From the sequence record PQ433350.1: DNA of 45,511 nt; one strand, written 5' to 3'. Positions 8,872-18,530 of the stretch are shown here, one piece after another. The notes beneath the pieces were generated by a model. The model made no database searches. It had not been told where the DNA came from and was given only the letters and a program-made list of their open reading frames with translations. How positions within the stretch are numbered: position 1 is the stretch's first letter; every line of letters starts with the position of its first letter. Both the position numbers and the translations under genes were made by a program. The stretch is from Escherichia phage vB_Ec-G8.

Positions 8872-11701
8872 ACGAAGCTGTATTTACCTGAAGATATGCA
8901 CCATTAGTTGCACCAAACCATGCGTAAGCAGATCCGTAAGCAGATCCGTAAGTTGTTGGGTTGTCATTTAAAATGAAATCACCCGCTCTAATTACGCACT
9001 TTGCTCCATATGTATCAGTGGGTCTTGCACTAAACCCATAATCAACATATCTAAAACCAACCTTCGTTACGTTATCGTTAAGCGGGAAGATCCTTAAGAA
9101 GCTGGAATCTCTAAAGTCATTGTTCCTGAAAATTCCTCCTGTAAAGTTATCCATATCAAACATTGTGGTTAAACTTGAGGCAACAGTATTCCTGAACTTG
9201 TTGCCTTCATATGTCGGAGCTACTACTTCATAGCCAACTCTTAGCTGAACAAACCCCCCATCAATAATATTGTCCTTGACTATTGGATATTGCCCGCCGA
9301 TTGCTAAGCCACCAAACCCAGGTGTAAATTTGCAACTATTATTACTAAATATAGTGCCAACCCACGCCTGATTTGTAAGGTATGGTGCCTTGGTGTCGGT
9401 CATGGTGTTTCCGGTGATAATCAATCCATTCTTAGCCTGGGTTCCCTCCTGGCAACCCTGAATCGCTACGCCTCCACCAATCATAATGTTGTCTGATATA
9501 AGAATGTTACTTAACCCATCATTAACACCCCAATCGCTTGATGCATCATTTGTTATCAGTAGGTAGTGAGAAGAAGCTCTACCAGTAGCGTCCGTACTTA
9601 TAATACTTGTATTGCCTTTGCATATAACATTGTTTGCCGCAAAAACCTCAACAAATATACCAGCACCTTCGTAGTAGTTATCCGTAACCGTTACGTTATT
9701 GCCAGCCGGGGTTATCCTTGACTGGATAGATATTGGATAATAGAACTTGTTGGCGTGAGCGTAAGACCTTCGGCTTCTCTCGGATATTGCATAATCCTCC
9801 GCGAAAGTATGCCATGCCCTTCCTGACTGTTTTGTTGTGTTTCCTATAAACTCTGAGTAGTCACAGTTTCTTGTGATTAAGCAGTAGTTAACGTTGTATC
9901 TGAAGCTTGAATTTCTAAGAGATACGAATGCATTAGGTAAGCCATTAAGAGCATCGGCATTAACAAAGGCCCTCGAGGCATTAACCTCCATACCCTCGAT
10001 CACAACTGATGCGCATCCTTCAACCATAAAACCAAACCAGTCTTCTCTTGGTTTATGCTCTGTATCCGTTGGTTGGATTGAGTAATCTGAAAAGTCACTA
10101 TTCCAGTTTAGGCCGCTAGCTTTAAGTGTGCAATTCTTTGCGCCGAAAACAACCCTCTCAGGTGATGAACTTCCAGATATATCGATCTCAACATCATTAT
10201 TGGCAAAAATATCAACATTAAGGCCATTAAGGAAGAATGCCGTCTTCCTTAATACGTTGTACTTATCATTGTACTGAATATCAGTGGAGAATGAGACCTT
10301 CAGTCTTCCTGCGCTAATCCTTACCTTCCTGTTTGTGTTGTGACCAAGATTTATACACGCCATCACTGATGCGTTTGATTCATTAACTCCAGAAACATCA
10401 TGCCCAGCCCACTCAGTATGGATATCATCGATCCCTCCTGTAAACCTAACCCAGCAACCATTCCCCCCTGGTGATGGCTCACCAACTCCTCCAAGGAAGT
10501 CTGAAAGCGTGGAATAAGTACCATCAAATGGAACCGTTGGGCTAAAAACAGTAATCCCGTTATGTTCGCTCTTACTTACTAACGGACTCCAGTAGAACAG
10601 ACCGCCACCAGAGTTTGCTCCAGAAATGTAAGACCTTACATTTGCTAAATTTTTATTCTCATTTGTTTGTTTGATTAGTTCGTAAATTGAATCAACTGAA
10701 GATAGTCCTAAATTGCTCCTGGCAAGGCTTTTATCTGCAACATCAGATAAATTCAATGATTTTTGAAAAGTCTCATTTTTTGAGTAAACATCAAGCAAGC
10801 CTCTTACTCGCTGGGCGCTAGCGCCGCCAACCCGACTTCCTGATGCGACATAAAGAGCCTCTCTTGAATAGTAAGTTTTGTTTGGTGCCGTGCCAGTCTG
10901 AGTTAAATCAATCACCCTGTACGTATTATCGGATCCGGTTGATGCTGACACTTGTATGTTCTTAACACCAGTAATCCCCCTTGCTGACTTAACCTCAATC
11001 GCACAAAGCGCGCTATCGGAGTAGGTTATATTTATCACCTCTGGAGCGTTGATCATTGCTGACTTTTGGCATAGGTATCTAGCTCCTGATTTGAAATCAA
11101 ACGTATTCCAGTCAAGTTCTGTCAACTGAGGTGTAAGCGAGCCACCGATACCCATATTGGCAAGAGTTACCATTGTGCCAGCATCACCAGCACTATTAAT
11201 TGCCTCAATAGTAGCATCTCTCGCTGATGTGGTTGTATCCCTTGCGCTAACGGCAGTAGCGGCGCTCTCTGCGGCAGCAATCTGGCTAGCTAAAGACTCG
11301 GCAGCCCCTGTTACTGATTGGTTTGCTAATTGCTCGAAGCGAGGCCAATCGAAATTATCTTGCCCGATAAATTGCAGCAAACTTTCAATAGAAGTCTCCT
11401 TTGACTGATAGTAACGCAGAGTCTCAGCAACATCCTGAGCTAAACCCTGAACGGTAATGCCATCGTGAGCAAGAATCGCGTAACCAGTTCCGGCAGGAAC
11501 AGTTTCAGAATTAGGGTTGTAAACATTAATCTGAGTGTCGCTGATGATTTCAGAGATGGTATAAATTTTAAGTGGACTGGTTTTAAAAATAATGGTTGCA
11601 CCTACACGAATCAGTGTAAGTGGTGCTTTCCATGTTGTCCCGACGCCAGTTACCTCGCCATTTGCGGATAGCGACGCTGTTCCCAAGTCATAAATTGCCA
11701 T
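8870..11701 (-). CDS. Tail fibre / tailspike with right-handed beta-helix (pectate-lyase-like) domain
   Basis: 943 aa from ATG 11701 (GGAG upstream; ORF-track start 11731 is GTG); N-terminal adaptor-like segment, Asn/Gly-rich repetitive beta-helix-like middle; boundary element immediately upstream. Confidence 0.8.
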   Translation of the reverse strand: MAIYDLGTASLSANGEVTGVGTTWKAPLTLIRVGATIIFKTSPLKIYTISEIISDTQINVYNPNSETVPAGTGYAILAHDGITVQGLAQDVAETLRYYQSKETSIESLLQFIGQDNFDWPRFEQLANQSVTGAAESLASQIAAAESAATAVSARDTTTSARDATIEAINSAGDAGTMVTLANMGIGGSLTPQLTELDWNTFDFKSGARYLCQKSAMINAPEVINITYSDSALCAIEVKSARGITGVKNIQVSASTGSDNTYRVIDLTQTGTAPNKTYYSREALYVASGSRVGGASAQRVRGLLDVYSKNETFQKSLNLSDVADKSLARSNLGLSSVDSIYELIKQTNENKNLANVRSYISGANSGGGLFYWSPLVSKSEHNGITVFSPTVPFDGTYSTLSDFLGGVGEPSPGGNGCWVRFTGGIDDIHTEWAGHDVSGVNESNASVMACINLGHNTNRKVRISAGRLKVSFSTDIQYNDKYNVLRKTAFFLNGLNVDIFANNDVEIDISGSSSPERVVFGAKNCTLKASGLNWNSDFSDYSIQPTDTEHKPREDWFGFMVEGCASVVIEGMEVNASRAFVNADALNGLPNAFVSLRNSSFRYNVNYCLITRNCDYSEFIGNTTKQSGRAWHTFAEDYAISERSRRSYAHANKFYYPISIQSRITPAGNNVTVTDNYYEGAGIFVEVFAANNVICKGNTSIISTDATGRASSHYLLITNDASSDWGVNDGLSNILISDNIMIGGGVAIQGCQEGTQAKNGLIITGNTMTDTKAPYLTNQAWVGTIFSNNSCKFTPGFGGLAIGGQYPIVKDNIIDGGFVQLRVGYEVVAPTYEGNKFRNTVASSLTTMFDMDNFTGGIFRNNDFRDSSFLRIFPLNDNVTKVGFRYVDYGFSARPTDTYGAKCVIRAGDFILNDNPTTYGSAYGSAYAWFGATNGAYLQVNTAS

Positions 11702-11724
11702 TGTGTAAAGTCTCCATTTGTAAA

Positions 11725-11742
11725 ATAGCACGAATTGCTAAG
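11725..11742. promoter_or_regulatory. Boundary element core upstream of tail fibre gene (orientation ambiguous)
   Basis: ATAGCACGAATTGCTAAG, 21 nt upstream of the minus-strand ATG 11701. Confidence 0.5.
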
Positions 11743-11766
11743 TTGGATTGTATCATCTTTCAGGCA

Positions 11767-11789
11767 TAAAAAAACCTCCCGAAGGAGGT
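11767..11789 (-). terminator. Intrinsic terminator after primase (minus strand)
   Basis: ACCTCC-cgaa-GGAGGT hairpin with A7 on plus (T-run on minus). Confidence 0.65.
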
Positions 11790-12712
11790 TAGTCTAGTAA
11801 TTCGCTTGCTTTGTATATTCGCTTTCTTATGCCTGACTTGAAAAAATTATCATCATTTGGCATTACCACATCAAGATTGCGATCGTCAGCAACAGCGAGT
11901 AAATCAAAATCGTGGCGAGTACAAGCGATGCGTAACTTGTAGTTTCTAAGCGCGTAGGCAACCATTTCCATGTTGTAGCTGGAGTGGCAAACAAGCACGC
12001 AGCGGTTGCCAGTAGCAAGATGAACGCGAACACCATCAATCCAATTATCGACCAGATAAGCGTACTCATCACTTTTAAGGGCACCAATAACAGCAATAGA
12101 CTGGCGAGTGTAATCTTTTGCAGCATAGCTAACATCCCCCTCCTCATTGATAAACATTACATTGCACATCTCATCGGACAACCCATCACTATAGGCCATA
12201 AAACACGGTATTGCGTGTATTAGTTCGCCTGACTTCGTCCTGCCAACATCAAAACCAAACTCGCTGTAAATACCCTCGTATATACTGAGAGGAGTTGATT
12301 CTACTCTTTCCGTCCTTTCCATTATCTCTAAGCATCTTTCGTGGTCAATCTGCGCGCCCATTTTGTATGGTGATGTTCTTGAAGCTCTTTTGTTTGCTTT
12401 TGATATAACCTCTACTGGAACTAGATTCAGCCAATCACCAAGCGTATCTATTGTTTCGCTATAACTCATTCCCGAGCATTTCATAACCCAGCCAACACCA
12501 GAATCGTTGCCGCACTGGTTACATATTGCTGCGCCATTTCCCTTTTCCTGACCTAACTCATCAGTGAAGCGAAACCTATCCTTGCCAAAGCAGTGGGGGC
12601 ACGGACCATGCTTCTTGCTGAGATTCTCCTTTGTCCATCCAAGGTGCGATGAGTAGAATTCGCCCCACATTCCACTCATTTTTGCTATCACTTCATTTTT
12701 ATCATGGTGCAT
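11789..12712 (-). CDS. DNA primase (zinc-ribbon + TOPRIM)
   Basis: 307 aa; Cys/His zinc-binding cluster (HGPCPHCFGKDRF...CNQCG) followed by a TOPRIM-like acidic core; minus-strand terminator right after the stop. Confidence 0.8.
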   Translation of the reverse strand: MHHDKNEVIAKMSGMWGEFYSSHLGWTKENLSKKHGPCPHCFGKDRFRFTDELGQEKGNGAAICNQCGNDSGVGWVMKCSGMSYSETIDTLGDWLNLVPVEVISKANKRASRTSPYKMGAQIDHERCLEIMERTERVESTPLSIYEGIYSEFGFDVGRTKSGELIHAIPCFMAYSDGLSDEMCNVMFINEEGDVSYAAKDYTRQSIAVIGALKSDEYAYLVDNWIDGVRVHLATGNRCVLVCHSSYNMEMVAYALRNYKLRIACTRHDFDLLAVADDRNLDVVMPNDDNFFKSGIRKRIYKASELLD

Positions 12713-12732
12713 ATCAATCTATCTCTTAGTAA

Positions 12733-12766
12733 ATAAAAAAAGGATGTACCGATTATGGCACATCCA
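12733..12766 (-). terminator. Terminator-like hairpin after HTH gene (minus strand)
   Basis: GGATGT...ACATCC hairpin with A-run on plus. Confidence 0.45.
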
Positions 12767-12771
12767 ATTAT

Positions 12772-13245
12772 TTACTCTTTAGCTTTTCGTGCTGCTTCGT
12801 TGGCTGCCTTAATTTTGCGCCATGAGCGACACTCTGGTTTAGTTGCTAGCTCAGCCTCAGTAACAACACGCAGCATATGACGCTTCTTGCAACGTAGAGT
12901 TAGCGGTTTCCCGTTACCGTCGAATTGCAGATCTGGTCGGCAGAATGTAGCGCGAAAACCTTCTCCATTTCGCTTATAGTAGTTGTGCGACAACTGAGCG
13001 CCGCGCGCAGAAATCATCCCACGCTTAAACCATTCTTCTACAGCCTGAGGTGTCACCTTTAACTGCTTTGCGATATTTGCCTTTGTGCCGAAGAAATCAA
13101 GAACAATCTCCAGTCGCGCACGTAAACCCGCCCTTACCTCATCTTTCAAAACGTAGTAACCTGAAGGTCGTTTACGTTGCTTCTTATCTTGTGTGCGGAC
13201 GGTCCCGTTATTGCCGTTAATTGTTCGCTTGTCAACTGCATTCAT
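12772..13245 (-). CDS. Putative HTH DNA-binding protein
   Basis: Basic protein with helix-turn-helix-like segment (NIAKQLKVTPQAVEEWFKRG); start placed at ATG 13245 with GAGGT SD rather than ORF-track start 13281. Confidence 0.55.
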   Translation of the reverse strand: MNAVDKRTINGNNGTVRTQDKKQRKRPSGYYVLKDEVRAGLRARLEIVLDFFGTKANIAKQLKVTPQAVEEWFKRGMISARGAQLSHNYYKRNGEGFRATFCRPDLQFDGNGKPLTLRCKKRHMLRVVTEAELATKPECRSWRKIKAANEAARKAKE

Positions 13246-13346
13246 TTCATTACCTCGATAGCATTTTTTGTTAAAAGTCATTCTGATTTGATAGTATTAT
13301 TGTACTCAATTAAACGCTACAAGACAATTTTTATAGGAATTTAGAT

Positions 13347-15341
13347 ATGTTGCCTATCGAAAAGCTGGTTGCAAACTTCGATAAAGAAAGAATCAAGCAG
13401 ATTCAGAAAGACTATCAGTTTGGTGAGATAACCCCTTACGAGTTTCAGTGCGTGACATTTGATGCAATCGGAAAGGCTATTGGGAAGTACGAAGCACCAT
13501 TTATCGCAGACCTTTCCGTATCGGCTGGTAAGACAATCATCCTGGCTATGATTGGAAAGCGTATGGAGCAGCTTGGTCTTCCTTATATGGTTCTATCTCG
13601 ACAGTCAGAGATAATCAGCCAGAACTCAGAAGAGCTTCGTAATTTCGGCATCCGTAACAGCGTCTATTGCGCTGGCCTTAACGTTAAATCGGTTTACTAT
13701 CCAACCATAGTTGCCAGCGAGGGTACGGCTGCTAACGGATTGTTTAAGGGGCTTGGTGACTATGTTCCGGCAGTTATCGCTATCGATGAATGCCACATGC
13801 TTGATGCTATGGATATCGTTGAAGCCGAGGAGAACGAGGAAACTTTTGAGCAAATGAGCACAAAGAAGGGCGAAATGGTTTTCAAGGATGGCGTTAACAC
13901 TGGATTAATTGGTACAGGTCGCGCGCAGTACACGCTAATCATCACTGAGATGAAGCGTCGTTGTCGCGAAAAGTATGGGCGGGAGCTTCGTATATTCGGT
14001 CTTACTGGCAGCCCATATCGCAACAACGACCACATAGTCGTTAGTAATCCTAATATCCGTGGTTTCTGGCGCAAAACAGTTATTCAGGTACCGACCAATT
14101 ACCTGGTTGATTTGGGGTTCGTTGTACCAACAGTTTACGGTGAAGTTGGTGATTTGGGCTATGACCTTGCTGAGTTTACGCCAGATGGCAGCGATGGGGT
14201 TAAAGATTTTAGCAAAAAAGAAATGGACGCGATGCAGGAAAAAATTCATCAAAACCAGTCCATGACTCAAAAGATTATGCAGTTCGCAGCCAAGTTTATG
14301 GAAACTCGTAACGCAGCACTAGTAACTTGCTCAGGCAAGCGGCATTGCGAGGAAGCAGCCGCGGCGCTTCCTGATGGTGTAACCTGGGCTATAGTAACTG
14401 ACTCTACTGGTGAGAAAAAGCGTCGTGAGATTCTTTCTGACGCAGCTGAAGGTAAGTATAAATTCATCTTTCAGATTGGCTGCCTCACGACCGGCGTGAA
14501 CGTTCCGCCATGGGACACGTCAATAATTCTTCGCAAGGTTGGTAGCATCACGTTACTGATTCAGCTTTTGGGGCGAGGTATGCGAATTCTTAAGAATAAG
14601 CATAAGGAAATGGGAATGGTTAAGGATGATCACGTGGTGCTGGACTTCGCTGGTACTCTTGATGACATGGCGGAATTGTACTTTGACCCAATCATAGAGG
14701 AAGTGCAGGACCAGAAATTTAAGTCTTCACGCAAAGGCGGCGATGAGCCAAGAGTGTGCCCCGCATGCTCTTATGAGAATTCTCCTTTTGCCCGTCGTTG
14801 CAATAACGTAATTGATGGAAAGCGTTGCGAACATTTTTTTACATTTCGCTTGTGTGAAGACATAGAGGACCCGCAGACAAAGGTTATTATTAAGAAAGGT
14901 TGTGGCGAGAAGAATGACATTGCTGCTAAAAACTGTCGGTGCTGTGGCGAGATGCTAATAGACCCGAATGCAAAGTTATCTGGGAAAATGTATCGTAAAG
15001 GCGACTGGTTGAGAGTCTACGACTTTAAGATTGGATTAACAAAGAATCAATCAGGGATTGTTGCCTCATACGAGGTCATGGCTCATAGTGGGGATAGGTT
15101 CCGGGCCTATGAGACGTTTTTTCCAGAGTCAGACCATCGCGTTTGCTCTGTAAAATGGAAAGCATTTTGCTCGAGTCACATAGAGAACAGGACTGAGGCT
15201 TTTAGAATTGGCAGATTGCGTAATGCTAAGATGATTATGACTAATGCTCACCTTTTCCGTGCGCCATTAAGGATTACACACCGTAAGAACCAGAAGTCTC
15301 AAGATATTATCGCAAACAAATCATTTACTATGGAAGACTGA
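13347..15341 (+). CDS. SF2 DNA helicase (DEAD/DEAH-like) with C-terminal zinc ribbons
   Basis: 664 aa; Walker A (SAGKT), Walker B (DECH); C-terminal CxxC clusters. Confidence 0.8.
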   Translation: MLPIEKLVANFDKERIKQIQKDYQFGEITPYEFQCVTFDAIGKAIGKYEAPFIADLSVSAGKTIILAMIGKRMEQLGLPYMVLSRQSEIISQNSEELRNFGIRNSVYCAGLNVKSVYYPTIVASEGTAANGLFKGLGDYVPAVIAIDECHMLDAMDIVEAEENEETFEQMSTKKGEMVFKDGVNTGLIGTGRAQYTLIITEMKRRCREKYGRELRIFGLTGSPYRNNDHIVVSNPNIRGFWRKTVIQVPTNYLVDLGFVVPTVYGEVGDLGYDLAEFTPDGSDGVKDFSKKEMDAMQEKIHQNQSMTQKIMQFAAKFMETRNAALVTCSGKRHCEEAAAALPDGVTWAIVTDSTGEKKRREILSDAAEGKYKFIFQIGCLTTGVNVPPWDTSIILRKVGSITLLIQLLGRGMRILKNKHKEMGMVKDDHVVLDFAGTLDDMAELYFDPIIEEVQDQKFKSSRKGGDEPRVCPACSYENSPFARRCNNVIDGKRCEHFFTFRLCEDIEDPQTKVIIKKGCGEKNDIAAKNCRCCGEMLIDPNAKLSGKMYRKGDWLRVYDFKIGLTKNQSGIVASYEVMAHSGDRFRAYETFFPESDHRVCSVKWKAFCSSHIENRTEAFRIGRLRNAKMIMTNAHLFRAPLRITHRKNQKSQDIIANKSFTMED

Positions 15342-15342
15342 C

Positions 15343-15762
15343 ATGCAAATTACAGACAAAGAAGATTACATTGAGTTTTACCCAGGCCCGGTTAAGTCAT
15401 GCCCGAAAGAGGATGACGAACAAATCTTTTGCTCTGATTGGGTTAAGTATAACTACCCGGAGATGGTATTTTTCCACTGCGTAAATGAGGGCAAGAAAAC
15501 CATTGGTCAAGCAAGAAAAGATCAGGCGAAGGGGTTGCTTAAGGGCGTATCAGACTGCTTATTCCTGATACCTGAATCGCTGCGAGGGAAATATCCTTTC
15601 GGGGCTATAGAGCTAAAGAGGGCTGGTAAAACTCAAGCAAGTCCAGTCAGCGAAGAACAGAAAGCATTTCTGAAAAGTGTAATGGAATCAGGCGGTTTCT
15701 CGGCAGTCGCCTACGGACGTGAGGGTTTTCTTGCAGCATTCAAAGAAATGATTTCAAAATAG
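15343..15762 (+). CDS. VRR-NUC domain nuclease
   Basis: 139 aa; PD-(D/E)xK-type motif (SDCLFLIP...GAIELKR); start overlaps the helicase stop; TAG stop inside a boundary element. Confidence 0.7.
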   Translation: MQITDKEDYIEFYPGPVKSCPKEDDEQIFCSDWVKYNYPEMVFFHCVNEGKKTIGQARKDQAKGLLKGVSDCLFLIPESLRGKYPFGAIELKRAGKTQASPVSEEQKAFLKSVMESGGFSAVAYGREGFLAAFKEMISK

Positions 15763-15777
15763 CACGAATTGCTAAAG
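15759..15777 (+). promoter_or_regulatory. Boundary element copy, precedes 15839 ORF
   Basis: ATAGCACGAATTGCTAAAG with upstream TAG stop inside. Confidence 0.6.
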
Positions 15778-15838
15778 ACGTTTCGGTGAGTTGGTGTATT
15801 ATCTATTCATCGAAACGAAACTCAGAGAGAGAAACAAA

Positions 15839-16033
15839 ATGACCACTATCTATACCGGTAAAATCTACGAATCACGCAAAACTGGTTATGAATATGAATT
15901 AGTAATCACCGCTGATTGTTATGTTCTTGATGATGGTGAAGGTTATGCTTTCGAAGTTAGTCCAACCTACAAAGATGATTTAGAAACTGTTAAAAACGCA
16001 TTTGGCGAAAAATTTGATGAGGTGTCAGAATGA
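15839..16033 (+). CDS. Hypothetical protein (64 aa)
   Basis: ATG 15839 preceded by the conserved element leader (CATCGAAACGAAA...GAGAGAGA); ORF-track start 15791 is TTG. Confidence 0.5.
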   Translation: MTTIYTGKIYESRKTGYEYELVITADCYVLDDGEGYAFEVSPTYKDDLETVKNAFGEKFDEVSE

Positions 16034-16188
16034 GAGAGGCAATCGTAAACTGGAAAACTGGAGAGGATTCAAAATTCCTCTTCAATACATTCACGCAATA
16101 CATTGACAAGTTTGTTTTCGTAATTGATGGTGGATGTGAGGTTGTTGTGCCTATTAAGCTAATTGATGGATTTGGGGTTACGGAGTAA
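16030..16188 (+). CDS. Hypothetical small protein (52 aa)
   Basis: ATGA overlap with the upstream stop and TAATG overlap with the downstream start; below the ORF-track size cut-off. Confidence 0.35.
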   Translation: MREAIVNWKTGEDSKFLFNTFTQYIDKFVFVIDGGCEVVVPIKLIDGFGVTE

Positions 16189-16409
16189 TGAAAAAATTAA
16201 CTTTTGATAAGCAATGGGAGCTATTTCAGGCAATGGCGGCTCAGGAGTTGACTAAGGCTGGATATAAACATGATGTTTGGGATTTGGCGTGGTGCCTTGA
16301 TTATAGTTTTGAAGAAGACTACCTAAACACTGATATTGAAACATGGCGCGACCGTATAGTTGCTGATATCGAAGAAATGAAAAAAGATTGCCAGGAGGAT
16401 TTCTTATGA
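16188..16409 (+). CDS. Hypothetical acidic protein (73 aa)
   Basis: Translationally coupled ORF; strongly Asp/Glu-rich. Confidence 0.5.
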   Translation: MKKLTFDKQWELFQAMAAQELTKAGYKHDVWDLAWCLDYSFEEDYLNTDIETWRDRIVADIEEMKKDCQEDFL

Positions 16410-16606
16410 TTAACGAACGACCATTATTTATTAAATTCAAACCAAGAAATAATAAACCTAGAATTGATATTGACGAATACTTACTTAAATCAGGTGAAGA
16501 ATATTTTGTTCTTGAAATATCCCCAAATTCAGACGGGTTCATAGTTAAAAATGGCGCTGGGATATTAGTTAGAGTATCAGTATTAGACGCGGAGATTGTA
16601 AGATGA
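16406..16606 (+). CDS. Hypothetical protein (66 aa)
   Basis: ATG 16406 with GGAGGA RBS, overlapping the upstream stop (ATGA). Confidence 0.45.
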   Translation: MINERPLFIKFKPRNNKPRIDIDEYLLKSGEEYFVLEISPNSDGFIVKNGAGILVRVSVLDAEIVR

Positions 16607-16728
16607 AAATCGTAGATAAAGAGATGTTTATGGTTGCCCAGCATTTTGCTGAATTTGCAGTTGAGTTTCAATCAGAAGAGCATTGGATGTGTGCCCGTGA
16701 GTATTTGAAACTGGCATATGGCTTATGA
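16603..16728 (+). CDS. Hypothetical small protein (41 aa)
   Basis: ATGA-coupled micro-ORF between two listed ORFs. Confidence 0.3.
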   Translation: MKIVDKEMFMVAQHFAEFAVEFQSEEHWMCAREYLKLAYGL

Positions 16729-16967
16729 TAGTTGAAACAGGAAGGGCCGCAGTCTGGGCCCACTGCGCAGAGGCCGGACTTCAGGATGACATAAAGATGA
16801 TATCTAAGTATTTCGATATAAAAGATATCAGTGTCATTTTTAACGGTAAGTTTACTTACATGGATGAAAGGCCGCGTAAGTATGTCAGGGTTAAGCCTGG
16901 TATCACGATAAACACGAATGAGTTCCTTAGAGAGCAGGGATTCAAATTTAAGATAACAAAGGGTTAG
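16725..16967 (+). CDS. Hypothetical protein (80 aa)
   Basis: ATGA-coupled ORF. Confidence 0.5.
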   Translation: MIVETGRAAVWAHCAEAGLQDDIKMISKYFDIKDISVIFNGKFTYMDERPRKYVRVKPGITINTNEFLREQGFKFKITKG

Positions 16968-16969
16968 TT

Positions 16970-17221
16970 ATGTTGGGATTAGATTTTCAGCCTGAGCATT
17001 ATGATTTAGTACATGGGCAAAGTGGCGCAAAGTTTAGGGCGATACCTATTGCTGATTGGTTCCCTCCTGATTATGTAGATGTGAATGCAAAAACTAAAGA
17101 CGGTAAGTGGGTGCAGATTTACTACTCAGCAGCTTGCGGAAACCTGTGCATGACTGACCTTGACCAGAAGTTAACAATTAGTGCTGATTTGATTGACTAC
17201 TGGTTGAAAGAAGTTGAATGA
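16970..17221 (+). CDS. Hypothetical protein (83 aa)
   Basis: ORF with AAGGG RBS. Confidence 0.5.
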   Translation: MLGLDFQPEHYDLVHGQSGAKFRAIPIADWFPPDYVDVNAKTKDGKWVQIYYSAACGNLCMTDLDQKLTISADLIDYWLKEVE

Positions 17222-17304
17222 ATATCCTAATACTAGTAGCATTAGTCCCACTGTTTAGCTTTACTATCTTATATTTTATCGTAATGAATTAAGGAACTTA
17301 TATA

Positions 17305-18459
17305 ATGGCAACTGCAAAAATCACCAACGAACAATTGCGCGAAGAGCTGGAAAATGGCATGACCAACAAGGCCATCGCAGAGAAGTACGGAATGAACATT
17401 CGCAATGTTGAGTTGCGTCGCAGTAAATTGGCGAAGCAGGGTGAAGGTCACGGTCGTGATGTTAGTAACCTAATCCCTCAAGGGTATGCTGTAAAAGGTG
17501 TGTCTAGCTTAATTGGTGCAGATGGTGAGATTAAAGGGCAGTGGGTTAAATCAGAGGTTGACAAGGAACGCCAGCAAGAACTAATGCAAATTGTTGTTGA
17601 GGAGCTTAAGAAGGATTTACCTAAGTATAAGGCTGTCAACCACTCAGGAGAGATTACTAATTCTGAAATTCTCAACCTCTACACCATCACCGACCATCAC
17701 ATTGGGATGCTTGCCTGTTCAGAGGAGGGTGGTGATAATTATGACACCAAGATTGCTGAGAAATTAGCATTAGACTGGTTCAGTAGTGCCGTTGCAATGA
17801 GTCCGAACAGCGATGAGTGCATAATTAACTTTTTGGGGGACGAGGCTCACTACGACTCAATGAAAGCCGTAACCCCAATGAGTGGTCACATTCTTTCTGC
17901 TGATACTAGGTTATTCCGAATGATTCGAACTCAGATTAAATTAATCAAGTCAGCTGTAAGCATGTGTCTGGTTAAGCATAAAAAGGTTAAGTTATTGATT
18001 TGTGAGGGAAATCACAACCCGGTATCTTCATTGTGGTTGCGCGAGATGTTTCATGAAGTATTTATTGAAAATGAGCGAGTTGAAGTGAATCGCGAAGTCT
18101 CCCCTTATTACGCATATGAATTTGGAGACGTTATGATTGCTATGCATCACGGGCATTGCGCTAACTTCTCCCGAGTTGAATCAGCAATAATTGCCAAGTA
18201 TCGTGAGATGTTTGGTAAATCAAAGTTCGCATACACACATCTAGGCCACCTGCACCATAGAGCTGTTAAGGAAACTAGCTTGATGATTATTGAGCAGCAC
18301 CAAACGCTTGCTGCAAAAGATGAGTACTCATCCAAAGGTGGGTACTTCTCTGGGCGCAGCGCTAACGTTATTACGTACCACAAGAAGTATGGAGAAGTTA
18401 GTCGAGTGAGCATTCCCGTTGAAATGCTTCGTGACGCAAACCCTGAATCCAAATACTAA
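17305..18459 (+). CDS. Calcineurin-like metallophosphoesterase with N-terminal HTH domain
   Basis: 384 aa; ordered phosphoesterase motifs DHH (TDHHIG), GDxxxxD (GDEAHYD), GNH (EGNHN), HHGH, GHLHH; N-terminal ~50 aa HTH-like. Confidence 0.7.
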   Translation: MATAKITNEQLREELENGMTNKAIAEKYGMNIRNVELRRSKLAKQGEGHGRDVSNLIPQGYAVKGVSSLIGADGEIKGQWVKSEVDKERQQELMQIVVEELKKDLPKYKAVNHSGEITNSEILNLYTITDHHIGMLACSEEGGDNYDTKIAEKLALDWFSSAVAMSPNSDECIINFLGDEAHYDSMKAVTPMSGHILSADTRLFRMIRTQIKLIKSAVSMCLVKHKKVKLLICEGNHNPVSSLWLREMFHEVFIENERVEVNREVSPYYAYEFGDVMIAMHHGHCANFSRVESAIIAKYREMFGKSKFAYTHLGHLHHRAVKETSLMIIEQHQTLAAKDEYSSKGGYFSGRSANVITYHKKYGEVSRVSIPVEMLRDANPESKY

Positions 18460-18477
18460 TAGCACTTTTTGTCAAAA
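18459..18477 (+). promoter_or_regulatory. Boundary element variant, precedes HNH endonuclease
   Basis: ATAGCACTTTTTGTCAAAA followed by GAAA-loop hairpin and GAGAGGAG RBS. Confidence 0.5.
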
Positions 18478-18530
18478 CTATACCCGCGAAAGCGGGTATT
18501 ATTGTTTTATAGAAACGAGAGGAGATTGAA

